Notes under the pieces: model-generated
The model's input: the letters and a program-made list of their open reading frames with translations, nothing else
Databases searched by the model: none
Told to the model about the DNA's origin: nothing
Part shown: positions 1 through 11,635 of the stretch, piece by piece
Layout: every line of letters starts with the position of its first letter
Numbering within the stretch: the first letter of the stretch is position 1
Assembly (NCBI GenBank): GCA_964187785.1
Contig: OZ076409.1
Coordinates: 44,394,001-44,458,000, forward strand
Direction of reading: 5' to 3'
DNA: 64,000 nucleotides
Source: Amphiscolops sp. MND2022
Lineage: Eukaryota
Made by a program: the position numbers and the translations under genes

Positions 1-2150
1 CAAGAAAGACCTTGTAAACCGTCCCGTTCAACTCTTTTACCACAGCGGCACGTATGCGCAACACAAATGTTGGCTCCGAGATGTAAACCAATTGAAATCC
101 GAAGTTGCTGATCATCAAGTTTCAGGCCTAGGTTCTTACAAGGAACGACGTTTAGCCATTGGGACCCGAATTTACCTTGATGAGCGTTGAAAACTTTCGA
201 ACGTTTGTCATCCATTCTAGAAATCAAACCTTGGGCGCTTTTGACGGAGACAGGTTGTGTCCAATTTTTCAGGGTTCCATCGAGAGGACTTTCCTGTTCA
301 TTCGTCAAACTCAACCATTTATCAAGCGCTTCAGTAAGTGAAACATGTTCGAATGTTTCCGAGAAAATCGCTGTGAGAAAGTCATCCGCACCAAAAGCTG
401 AGGCCAAAAAATCGGGAAGTGCTAATAATGATGCGAATTGCACCCCAAGACCACCCATTCCAGCGGGCAAAGCCAGCTGGGTACTCGGAATATCGTCGAA
501 GTTCACATTACACACTTCCGGAAGCCCGTCGCGTACGGTTTTGTCATACTTTTCCAAGAGAGCTGGATGATTAAAACATGTACTGGTTCTCAGGAAGTAC
601 AACAACTTTGGCAGACTGAAGCACTTTTCCAACATAAAAAAACCATAGTGCGCATCTAGTTTTTTCAACAATCCACTAACATTTTCCAGTTCATTGATTT
701 TTTTCCAATAAGTCAGCTTGTGATTCCGGGCCGAGCGGTGAACCAAGAATGATAAGTTCATCTTTTTTTGGTGTTTTGATCCCGGGGTAAAGTTTGTGGA
801 AAGATGCTAAAATTGTCGATCAGCGTTTTTCAGTTATGTCCCCAAGGAAAAAAATCGCATTTCGTGGGTTTAATTTTGAGTCCCAGCGTTTTTTCCGCTT
901 CAACTATTTTTTGAGATACAGCTTGTCTACTGTCGACTTCCGTATCTTGCCTGAGGTGATTCGAAGACATGGTATCCGGGACACTTTGCGGATAACCGGC
1001 GGAAGGTATTGCCTACAGCGATAGGACGAAGTCCTCCTTCAGTCTTTTTAGCGCAATTAGTTTCGCAGCAAAGAAGTATGGCCGAAGTTCGAAAGGTACT
1101 TTTCTTTCGAGAAGTACATTCACAAGATTTGTTAAGGCATTGAAAAAATTCAGTCCAGTTTGCCCGTTCGGCGGTCAAATCTTTCATAGTTTGTGGCGAA
1201 ATGCCATCCAACCCTGCACTAGAGCCATTGGGGAAGGAAATGAGAGCCTTGTGGAGGAAAAACTCCGAGGTTGAAGAACAATCGATAGCTGTGGGGTCCG
1301 GAACAGAGCAAGTTTCCTTTGCGGATGTATCAGCTTGAGGGCAGCGTAGTTGCCGACCGTGAAATCTGCATTCTTGTCGTCGCCTACTGCCATTCTGATT
1401 CAGGCCTTAACATTACCTTCGTCTAATTTAGTGCAAATGGAACGCAGTCGTCGATGTAACTCGCTTTTCTGCAGCAGTTTTCTGTCGCGTTTCGGTTTTT
1501 CTCAATGACACCATCTCGAATACGCTTGTTGATAATTGCACTGAGTGATGACCACTGACGTTTACCTCCTCGAGGTGGTTTCTCCAAAAAAACAACTTTG
1601 AGAGGAGAGCAATAAGCACCACAAGGCAATATTTGACGGGGTTTCACAAATAATAATTTTGGGTACCAAGTTTTCAGCTAGAGGGATCCGTGAATTTCTA
1701 GGAACTCGTTTCAAGTGAACAACGTCTGAATTAAAAAGGGTGTCTGGTCTAAAGTTATGATCGTGACACTGAGGGATTGTGTTCACTAAAGAGCATCTGC
1801 AACATTTACCTACAATTTACCCAGTCTATCAACCCTGAGGGCTTCAGACACTTCAGAGCGTTGCAGGTTTCGTTGTTTTTCATCACAACTCAACCTAGAA
1901 ACCTAACCAATTGCAGGAATACCACATTTGGGTGTGTGCCAATCTCCCAAAAAAACAATCACCACAGAAGTGAAGCAATCCGTGTATGGAAAAAAACGTT
2001 GAATTGATATAATGAAATCTTAATAGAATTATCTCACTGGGTTGTGATGGTTCCTTCAGCCCAAGTGCAGCGACAAACCAACAAAACAGCGTCAGAGATG
2101 TTGTCCAGTCTCAAATTCAAATCATTGCCGTCTCTGAAGCTATTCAACAA
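1..2150 (-). mobile_element. Degenerate non-LTR retrotransposon ORF (CRE/RLE-type), frameshifted, running off the window start
   Basis: Minus-strand peptides GLDGISPQTMKDL, GLRPIAVGNTFRRLSAKC and LPAGMGGLG...LALPDFLAS, plus the C-terminal knuckle HTCRCGKRVERDGLQGLS at 1-68, typical of RLE-type (CRE-like) LINEs. The 5' boundary is approximate. Confidence 0.65.
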
Positions 2151-2214
2151 GCCTATCACAACAATTAGGCTAACAGATTTTAGGCACAATAGATTTCTAT
2201 GAACATTTTCAAAA

Positions 2215-3066
2215 GTTGGTAACTTCTCACTGATACTTGGCCTAGTGGTTAACGTGATTTCATTTCATGGTCGCGAGGTCTGAAAAGCAGAGTACGTGGG
2301 TTCAAGTCTCGCATCAAACCAAAAATTTTGGTGTTTGCAAAAGTAGGGGACACCAAAGATTCCCCCTGTAGTATTTGTTTTCGGCATTATGAGACTTTTT
2401 TGACAGAAGTTCCCTCTTTGATTTTTAAACAAGAACAAAGCATTTTGCAAGAACAAGAGGGCCACTTTAGGTTTTTTTTGGCATAGTGAGAATTATCGAA
2501 GAATTTTTATGGCATATTGTGGGAAAATGTTTTCCAAAGTTTTCCCAACTTTTGGTTTTCGAAGCTTTCTGATAGGAAAATACTTTTCGCACTAAAAAGG
2601 AAGACACTAAAAAAGAAGACCTCATTGACTGTTTTTTGGTCAAGTGGAACAGATGAGCGTTTTCTCAATTATTGTTTTCTCAATAATTTTCTCAATTTTC
2701 TCAATTTTCTCAGTGTTTTTTTGGCACGCGACTAATTTTTGATTTTTTTGCTTGGTCAAAGAGTACCCCTTCACTTTCATAAATGTTTTCGGCTTGACGA
2801 AAGATCGAAAAAGTGAAAAAAACTTAATTTTGACCTAAATTGACAAAAACTTAACTTTCAGAAGTGAAAAATGTAAATTCGAAAATTATTTTTTTCGGTG
2901 TTTATCCAGTTGAAGAAAAATTGGTTCTCGATGTTTATGCGTAGCCTTCGGGTATTCGTCTGCACTGAGAAATTGATAAAATTTTAACAATAGTGTCTTA
3001 TTTAGGCATATTTTAGAAACTTGTTTCTTAAGAAACTTAAAAAACTTGGGCCGTTCGCGGTCTGTT
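2215..3066 (+). mobile_element. DINE/HINE-like non-autonomous repeat, degenerate copy
   Basis: 3' end ACTTGGGCCGTTCGCGGTCTGTT matches the family 3' hairpin. Contains A-box-like TGGCCTAGTGG (~2238) and B-box-like GGTTCAAGTCT (~2299). The 5' end is unclear. Confidence 0.5.
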
Positions 3067-6000
3067 ACTGTCCAATCTCGAGTCGCAGCTCCCTAGCAAT
3101 GAAAGTGAGATGTTTTACTGGACTTGAAAACATTGCGTTAATAGTGTTTTCAATGAGAAAAATCGAAAGAACAATTTGCTCAAATTTGTAGAGCAAATTG
3201 TTTCTAACGTTGAACAAATTGGGGTGTTGGATTTGAGCAAATTGTCTCTTATAAAGTTGTCCCCAATTCTATATCCTGTTTTGCTTTCCAATTATTAACG
3301 AACAACAATTTCTGGCAGTTACCTCCTGTAACTAGTTGTCATTTTCCATACATTATGACCTCTGGGGACCTCTGGCGACCGATACCAAAAAGTTAGTTGA
3401 AGAAACAACTTCATTTCCTTTGCGCAGTTTGTCCCCATCGTTGGGAAATTTCGTCCGACATAATTCTAATGAACGTGTTCGGTTAATACAAAAAGGGAAA
3501 CGAGGAAAGATTTTGAAACTTAGTCTTGTCGCAGCTTATTTATTGTCAACAACTGTTGTTCATAGCATTCATGCCTTGAGTCCAGTTTTAAATTGACCAT
3601 ACCGTTTTTCAAAAAAAAATGTTCTAATTTCTCGATTTCGAACTGTTTAGTTTATGAGACTTAGTATCGAACTGTAGTTTATGAGTTAGAATTTAACCCA
3701 TTTTTAAACAAATTACGGACAATACAATAAAAATTTAAGAAGTTATAGACTAAAACGACAATTGTCACTGTCACAGGCTGCCGCCTGTGACGGGATCAAG
3801 TATACGACTTCCGCGCACGAGCACGAAATTGCCCCAGGAACTCTCCCAATATATTGAAACTAAAACGTTCACTTCATTAGAACTATCTAGTTTGATTTAA
3901 TATGATCTGAAGTTATTTCTGGTAATGATATTGAATTTGGATTTAGTATTAGACTGTTAGATATTACGATTTCAAATATTCAGATCAACAACCGTTAATG
4001 AAATTGCAATGATAGCTGTAAAGTTATGATGCTTGGCAAAAGCGTAATGCTGCATAAAAGTACGGAAACGAGTTCAAATGAGCTCCGGTACTTTTACGGC
4101 AGCGATACTTACCGGCCCCTAATCTATAAATCACAGCTCGCCGCTCTCACAGTGCAATACAATTATTTGCCGGTTACGGCCGTTTGACTAAATACTTGCC
4201 GTGCAATAATAGTTAAGTAGTTGAGACGCTATGAATACTTTTATGATAATTTGTTGAACGCTTTTGTATTGTTTACAAGCTTAGAAGTTCTGGTAATAAG
4301 GATTATTAGTATTATTCAAATTGTTTGTTGCTAGATGTAATAATAGCCATTTGTACCAGCTATTCCTAACCCGGCAAACAAACCATTTTAGCCTACCAAT
4401 CTGATAGCCTTGTTAGGCTATTTCGCCATTGATGTATTAACATGTAACTACATTACATGATGCTTTCCGTGACCTTTTACGGCACATGCTCAGGGACGTG
4501 CCCTAATGCATAAGTGCATATTTTAAGTATTTTTGTTGCTGATTTGAAACTAGTTTTGTTTATGGTCTTATGACCTAAATTCCGAAGTTGTTGCTTTGAA
4601 GTGATTCTTTCAAAACCTTGATATGGATTATGTTAGCGCTATATCGAAGAGTTGTTGATGCTTACCACGTAGAACACCTGGAGGGGATGTTAGAAATGTT
4701 GTTCATGTTGACTGATGAAATATGTAAAAAACGCGAGTGTCATGCCGATGTTAGTATAAATAGTCTCTTTATTTCAGAGAGCTATAAGTGAAGCTTTAAA
4801 TGAGCGAGCAGGTCTTACCTCAGATTGAAACTACTCTTAGATTCGGGCAAGGACAAGTACCTAGTAGAGGATGGGAGGTCTCTTGCGGAAGACCGGAACA
4901 CAGATCTGAAGAAGCCCTAAACCGCAAGTTTGGAAGTAGTTCGAGTGATGAGATTAATAGAAACTTCAATAGAAATGAAGACCTAGAGAATACTCATTGC
5001 AGTCACAAACCCAACAACTTTCGCAAAGATCGGAAATTCTAGGTTTTATTCCAGGCTTCTAAAAGGCGTCCATATATCTACCAGGAATGTCATCAGGAAG
5101 AATAAAAGTTAGAGTTGTCGTATCCTGGCTCGCCTTGGTTGTCACAAAGAATTGCCATCGAAGACTTCACAATTTCAAACTAGAACAGAGTGTCCTAGCT
5201 TCAATTTAAAAATATGGAAATTGTAACTATCTATTTAATTTAATTGTTATGAGTCGACTATCGTAACAACTAGCTGCTGAATTAACACTGGCACGGTAGT
5301 CTACTAACTTCCACATTTTAGCCAATTTAAAATGTTGTTGAAACAATAGGCTCAATAGCACTGTGATATTTTTTGTAAAATCTGCTAACACGCTTTTAGA
5401 AATAAAATCAGTCACATTCCAACTTCAATTGTTTGTCAAAAGGAATCACGGATATTTTCAAAATAGAACAATCTCTACTGATTTGAAAACTAGTTCACGC
5501 TATTTTTCATATAAGTTCCGAAAAGCCGATTTTAAAAAATTCTCGTTGCCTCCGATTTCGCAACATCCAATATCAGTCGGGATTAACGCTCTTAATTTGC
5601 ATCTCATGCATTTATAAAGTGATATATTTCAACAGAAAACGGTTATATTGATGTTCAAGTTTAAAGAAAAAAGTTCAACACTGATCACAGTTGAACCCCA
5701 CACTCATCGTGGCAAAACGTATGATCATACGAATATGAAGCTGGAAATTCGGAATTACTTGGTTTCTTTTATCGTTTTTTACGTTATGGAAACAGTAACT
5801 TTAATATTGTCAAATTAATCAATTTGAAGCGACAGAAATTTCGATATCAGTTAGTTTCGATCCCCAAACTTTTTCTGGCAATACTCAGAACTTTTCGGAT
5901 TCAAATTCGTAAAAAAATATGGATATGACGCCATCAATTTGTTTATGGCAAGCGTTTTCATCAAAAGGTGATATATCAAAAAGAGGAACTATTTGAATCA

Positions 6001-6324
6001 ATTTGGAAAGGTAAAGAACTGTACAAAACACTGAATTGATACAAACTCCCGCCTTGGGAGGATTTTTTGGCCAAAACAATTTTAAAGAAGGAGTACAATA
6101 GTAAGAGCATTCTTATTGAAATCGAAATTTGACTCTGTAAATCACATCCTACTTGACAACGGAATTCTCACAGTTTTCACATTTATTTAACTGGCTTGTT
6201 AAAAGAACTGTTTAGTCAATCACGCAATGAAGCCCCTGAAGTATGTCTGTCTGGAACCAAAAAAGACAAAAATAATTATTTTATGGAAAACTTATGACTC
6301 ACGGCGATGACGATGATTTATGGC

Positions 6325-7529
6325 CAGGGCTGTTAGTTAACTATTGTATTGCAATATAATATTTCTTCGGAAATAAATTATTGTTGGAGAAAAAGCGGTC
6401 CTCCACAATAATTGCAATAATTGCAAGATATTGCTAATGAATTGTGAAACAAATTTGTTAAACTATAAACTTTCTAAATACGCAAAAGTTATCAACTTAA
6501 ACAATTTTGTTAACCAAATTTACATCCCAATACTTCTTATTTGCCATGAGAAAAAGCTGAGACTCAAGATGCATAGACAAAATTGACTTCTGATATGAGT
6601 TGAGATATCTACTAGTATTTCGCCTGACTGAAAAAAACGCTCGGCAACATTTGAGGTCGTTGGAATCCATGTAACGTCAGGCAAGGGACGTTGCAGACGT
6701 TTTTGAAAATTTCGATCAAAAATTCGAAATGTGCGGTATCAAACAAGCACATTCAAGATGGCCGACCCGGCAGGTACGAAAACCGTAGAGGAAGCAAAAT
6801 AAAGGCAAAAACAGACCCCGACCCAGGAAGGTGAAAGTCAGAGATGTCATCACCCAGAAGGCGAGAAAATCAGGAATTGAGCCATCTGACAGCAAAAAGA
6901 CAGGATTTCGGCAGAAAAGTGCCAAATGAGACCATTGTGCCCCGAAGATGAGGAATGATGCCAGAGGCCAAACTGACGATCAACCCTGAACTGTAATGTT
7001 TTTGGGGCTTATCCCCGTGCTTTATTACCGTTTACGGAGTATTTGGATGATGTTTGATCTACTAGATCTGTATTTTAGAACTTATTCCCCAAATACAATG
7101 TATTTCAGTTAGACACCTTTTTGGACCTCGGATGTATGCAGGAGTCGCAGGAATACGCTAGAAACCTTAGGATTCGTTTTTACAGGCTTGTGGGGCGTGT
7201 CCGGACTTTGAGAGTGCCGGCGCGTCGCCTCGGAGCTCTAACTAGAGGAGCCTCCTGTGACGAAAGAATAGTCCCCCTTGGAGACCATTTTGGGAACAAA
7301 AACTAGTATCTAGGGATGTAGTAAGACAACGGTCTCCTGTTTAAGCATCCTAGGCATTATCCTTCTTCCTATATGTGCGTCGCTAGCCGGTCGTTACACC
7401 AGGACAAGTCCGCACAATAATTGACAGAATTTACAATAATATTTTTCGCTGATTTCATGCCTTCCACAATAATTGGTACCAATACTATTGGAATTATTGT
7501 TTCCCACAATTATTTTTTTAACAACCCTA
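6325..7529. mobile_element. Non-autonomous hAT-type element
   Basis: TIRs CAGGGCTGTTA / TAACAACCCTA. 8 bp flanks TTTATGGC (6317-6324) and CTTATGGC (7530-7537), 7/8 match. Confidence 0.7.
6670..7398. mobile_element. Candidate solo LTR nested in the hAT element
   Basis: GC-richer block bounded by inverted termini TGTAACG...CGTTACA. No convincing 4-6 bp TSD. Confidence 0.4.
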
Positions 7530-7627
7530 CTTATGGCTCATCGAACTGAACTTAAAGCCATGGCATCTGATATAAATTAAAACATGATTTAATCTCAAGT
7601 TGAACACTACGATCTGAAACCAACTTT

Positions 7628-8158
7628 TTAGTCGGCGCTTTTCGAAGAAAAACGCAGACTATAGTAGTGACTTCTTTTTTTAAGACCAACGAACTGACAG
7701 ATTTTATAAATTTTATAAGTTGGCACTAAACCGGCACTAACACTAAACTGTGTCACACTACTTCACTGCCACTTGGCCACTACGGCTTTTCCGAGGTCTG
7801 ACAAGCAGAATGACATGGGTTCGAGTCCCGCCATGACCAAAATTTTTTTGTGCAAATTTTTTTCGGCTTTGTGGGACTTTTTTCGCAAATATCTCCAAAG
7901 GGTCCACCCTTCATTTTTTGTCTATTTTGCAAAAGAATGGATGTTAAAAAACTTCCAAAGGGCCCCATTTTACATGTTTCGGCACTATGCGACTTACGGG
8001 AGACCAAAAAAATTTTTAAAAATTTCAAAAAAAATCGGATTTTTTTTTCAATTTTTCCTCAAACGGGTACTGTAGAAGAGAATACTTGACACTTTGAAGT
8101 CCTTTTGTTATTTTTGAGCCTTAGATATGGCGCCGACTTGGGCCGTTCCCGGCTTATT
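7628..8158 (+). mobile_element. DINE/HINE-like (Helentron-associated) element, complete
   Basis: 5' TTAGTCGGCGC...GACTA subTIR with partial inverted repeat. 3' GGCGCCGACT followed by hairpin GCCGTTCCCGGC and a T-run. Internal GGTTCGAGTCCC B-box. Confidence 0.7.
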
Positions 8159-8199
8159 TTAATATGTTCTGGACAACGGTCGTCTTTTTTGCAATGTTT

Positions 8200-9290
8200 T
8201 GGTGAATTGTCAACAATAGGTGTAAATGTCACTGTTTTGAATTCAATGAAATACGAATAAATGAATTGTGCCGCACTTGGTAACCTGTCAACGTAAAGCG
8301 CATGTCGCTGAATACGCTTTCGACAGATTTCCACGTTGGAGGAATCCAAGAACAAGTTGAGAACTCGTTTCGGGACCGTTTCGCAAAACTACTAGTACTG
8401 ACAGCAGCTACTCCTGTTTTAATAGTAAAATCATTGAGCAAGGATTTTTTTCTACTGTGTAGAGCTGAATCAGCTGACATTGTATCTCCATTTGTGCGGT
8501 ATCCTAGATAGTAGGAAAGCGATAGAAATTCCAAATGGAATGGTCGTTTACTTTTTGATTGTCCCTTCTTGTAGGCTCAAGAAAATTCTTCACAGGGAAG
8601 TTCTGTTTTTAGCTTTTGCATCCAATAAAATCAATCCCAAGATCTCGTGCAAATCTCTTTGGATTTGTTGGTTTGTAGTCACCTGCAATAAACAACAAGC
8701 AATTCACATTCCTGTCGAATACCGAAGCAATGAAATTTGTTTGCGAGTTTGCACTAAAATCCTCTTCGTTCGTAAGGGGCGATAATGTAACAGTAATGGA
8801 GAAATGGTCGCTTGAGCCATTTGCAAATATTGCATATGTAGCAAAATAGTGAATAGAGGTACACAACTGACCAGCGATCTATCAGAATTCCAAATATTTC
8901 AGGGAGAACTTCAGCGGTTTTTTCCACTTCACTGTCACATTCTGAGGTACTTTCATGAATGAAGGTACAGATATCTTCCTTCAGATAAACTAGATGCATA
9001 CTTCCTATTGAGTTCAATTTCAACGAATGAAAATGGCGCGTCATTCATTATTACCCACTCCAACCAGCCATAGGAAGTTTCAGCGTTACGAGAAACGAGT
9101 GTTATAGTTTTTTGACATTTCAGTCCAATAATCGGGGTGAGCAGAAAGAATATGACTCAAAAAAATGATGTAACCTCTCTTTAAATCGTGATCCAGGTAT
9201 CGTCTACATTTGCATACATATGAAATGCCACTTTTAAGTGCAAAATAGGCTTCATAGACTTCTCTATTAGACAGTTTCAAATCTGATATG
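8200..9290 (-). pseudogene. hAT transposase remnant
   Basis: BED-like finger YVCKCRRYLDHDLKRGYIIFLSHILSAHP (9086-9280) and dimerisation-domain motif WIPPTWKSVESVFS (~8330). Many stops and frameshifts. Confidence 0.75.
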
Positions 9291-9449
9291 TGTGTAAATG
9301 AATTGTGAGATTACTGTGAGCAATCAAAAATCGAAAGGAATTGAGTTACTGGAATTTATTGGCTGATTTTCTTTTTGATTCAATTCAAAAGAAAGAAACT
9401 TTCGTCATTTGAATATGACGCGCAGTATTTTTTGAAGCTGCACCCTCTC

Positions 9450-10585
9450 TGTCAGAACGGGTCACGTTCGTATTTGTAATGGTATTTAGTCCGTTACACC
9501 CATTACTAGACGATGATATCTTCTAGGTAAGGGCTAGCACAATGCTTCTCAGGTCACTGATTTGCCTGTTCGTTTCCATAAAGCGTTGATCAACTGAATT
9601 CAGGCTGGGATTATGCCTGCTATTGAGTATATCTCCATAGTCAAATTCATTCATCTGATTTCGGGACAACGTATCGGGAAAACTATACTCGCTCTCGTTG
9701 TCACTATTCTGTTCTGTTCTACTGGAACCTGCTGCGTAGTTTTCTACGTTTTGTGATCTTGTAATGACCATACTGAGACTTTGAAAAGACTTTTAGTTTG
9801 AAGTTTCATTGATTTAGCTATTGAAATATGAGTATTGAAACTTTATGCGAGTTGATGAGGTGGGCAACACTACGTTAGCTAATGGCAAGTTGTACTGATC
9901 GTATTTCAAGTTTTGTTATTATTTCGCTGATGCTGATCACGTGACAACGTCACGTGACTATATTGACCAATAGTATTGCACTGCTGGTTAGGTGGTAATT
10001 AATACGTCCTGCTGGTAGTAGCGCAAATGAGGTTTGGTACAAAATATGATGCCGGTGTGTTACCATGGTTACATGAATCATCTAACAATTAGTACTGCGT
10101 TGGTTGAGACTAAATGAAGCTATGATGACAGTGTCATACCATCGTTACGTGTAATACTTTTAGATCATCGATAAAGCTAAATATGTTAAAAAGCACTCAC
10201 ACACAGTGTATATTGAATAAAAGGTGCTAAGTTTACAAATCGGTTTCATTTTGCATCAAATATTGATAACAACTGAACCTTTTGGTTGTTATTGTAGATT
10301 TTTTCCCAATGTATAAATCGACGAACTACATATTGATGATTATTGCATCTCGTTTATAGGCAATAAATGAAAAATGGTTGTCACAAACACTCATCGATGC
10401 TCTGTTTAACATGTAACGTCTGTTGAACTGCATGTGTATTGTTATGTATAATGACGACTGGATAGGCCGGTCGTTGTTTCAGGTAATATAAATCATATAC
10501 TGTTAGTTTGTGTTGGACTAGGATTAAGCTCCTTGACGTCTGAGACTCTTCGTCGTCTATTTTCATCATGCCATCCGCCATGACA
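9450..10585 (-). repeat. 3' LTR of element B (1136 bp)
   Basis: Begins TGTCAGAAC and ends CATGACA like the A LTRs. Contains the MVITRSQ... ORF (9523-9771) homologous to the Gag N-terminus of A. Confidence 0.85.
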
Positions 10586-11635
10586 CTCCGCCTCTTTGAA
10601 AAAATGAGCCAGGGAGTGGGAAAACAGCAGGCATTGGTGTGGGTTACCGGTGGTAATTCGTTACTCGGGTAGTTGAGTAGCGGCTAAATTCTTGGTTTTG
10701 GGGTGTTCATTCATTTCGGTAATTTGTCCATGTGTGCGGCGTGTAACGGGTGTCCGTTGCTAGATTGTCAGTAGCGTACGCCGTTGGTTTCATGTTCATG
10801 TGGGGATTGCTAATTGATTTAAATAACGGTCATCGTTTGTTTCTGGCATTTGATTATTGAGGAGTAATCGGAATTGAGCAAACATCGGGCTAGTTATTGA
10901 CGACTTATCCTCTGTGCCGTCACCGCGCTGTGAACAATGCAATCAGAAATGGAAAGTGAGAGAAAGTCAAGTGGCGGAAATAGCCACGTCATCCGTTCGT
11001 GCGCATTGTAAGAGAGTAAAGTAAATATTGTATTGGTTGATTAACAGTCTCGCGGCAGACGAGTTGCTGTCAATAACGTTGTAGTTAATTATTCAGTATT
11101 TGCGTGGTAAAACGCCGGAAGTATTTCGTCGTCATTATCAACTGCGTGTTGTTGTCAACTCTTCGAAACCGTCGAGCATGAGATACCTGTATTTTTTGGG
11201 TGTGTAGAAAATAGGCTCGTTTTTTGTTTTCTTTTCTTCTCCGGGTATTAATAGTAGCTTTCAACGGCGAGCGGGGTTCGCGACGAACAATCGTCGTGTC
11301 AAAGGAAAATTCTTTTTTGAAGAATTTGGTTGGTTTGAACTTTGGTCAGCTGAGGGGCCAAAAAATAAAGGTTGCCTCCTTTTTTGAGAATTAGAAAACC
11401 CCTTATCGAGAGATAAAAGTGGTTGATCAGTCCACATCACCGTGTCGTAAAGGCATGAATCTGGTATGTTGATTGTTGTCGGTTATCGCTTCATTGTTGG
11501 ATTACCATTAATTATCGTGTTTTTCAGATTGCCATTCGTTTTATGTCAGTTCGTTCCTCTCTGTATCCAAAATCTATTGCAGTATCTTCCACATTATCCG
11601 ATTTGGTCGAGTCAGCGGAGAGTTGTTCGATTGAG

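Noticed and set aside
3763..5190. Possible solo LTRs starting TGTCAC (3769) or TGTAAT (4336)
   Set aside because: No matching TSD, partner LTR, PBS or PPT could be established.
7770..7835. tRNA genes (also ~2238-2312, ~44960, ~39870)
   Set aside because: Only A/B-box or 3'-half fragments inside repeats or the PBS. No complete cloverleaf.
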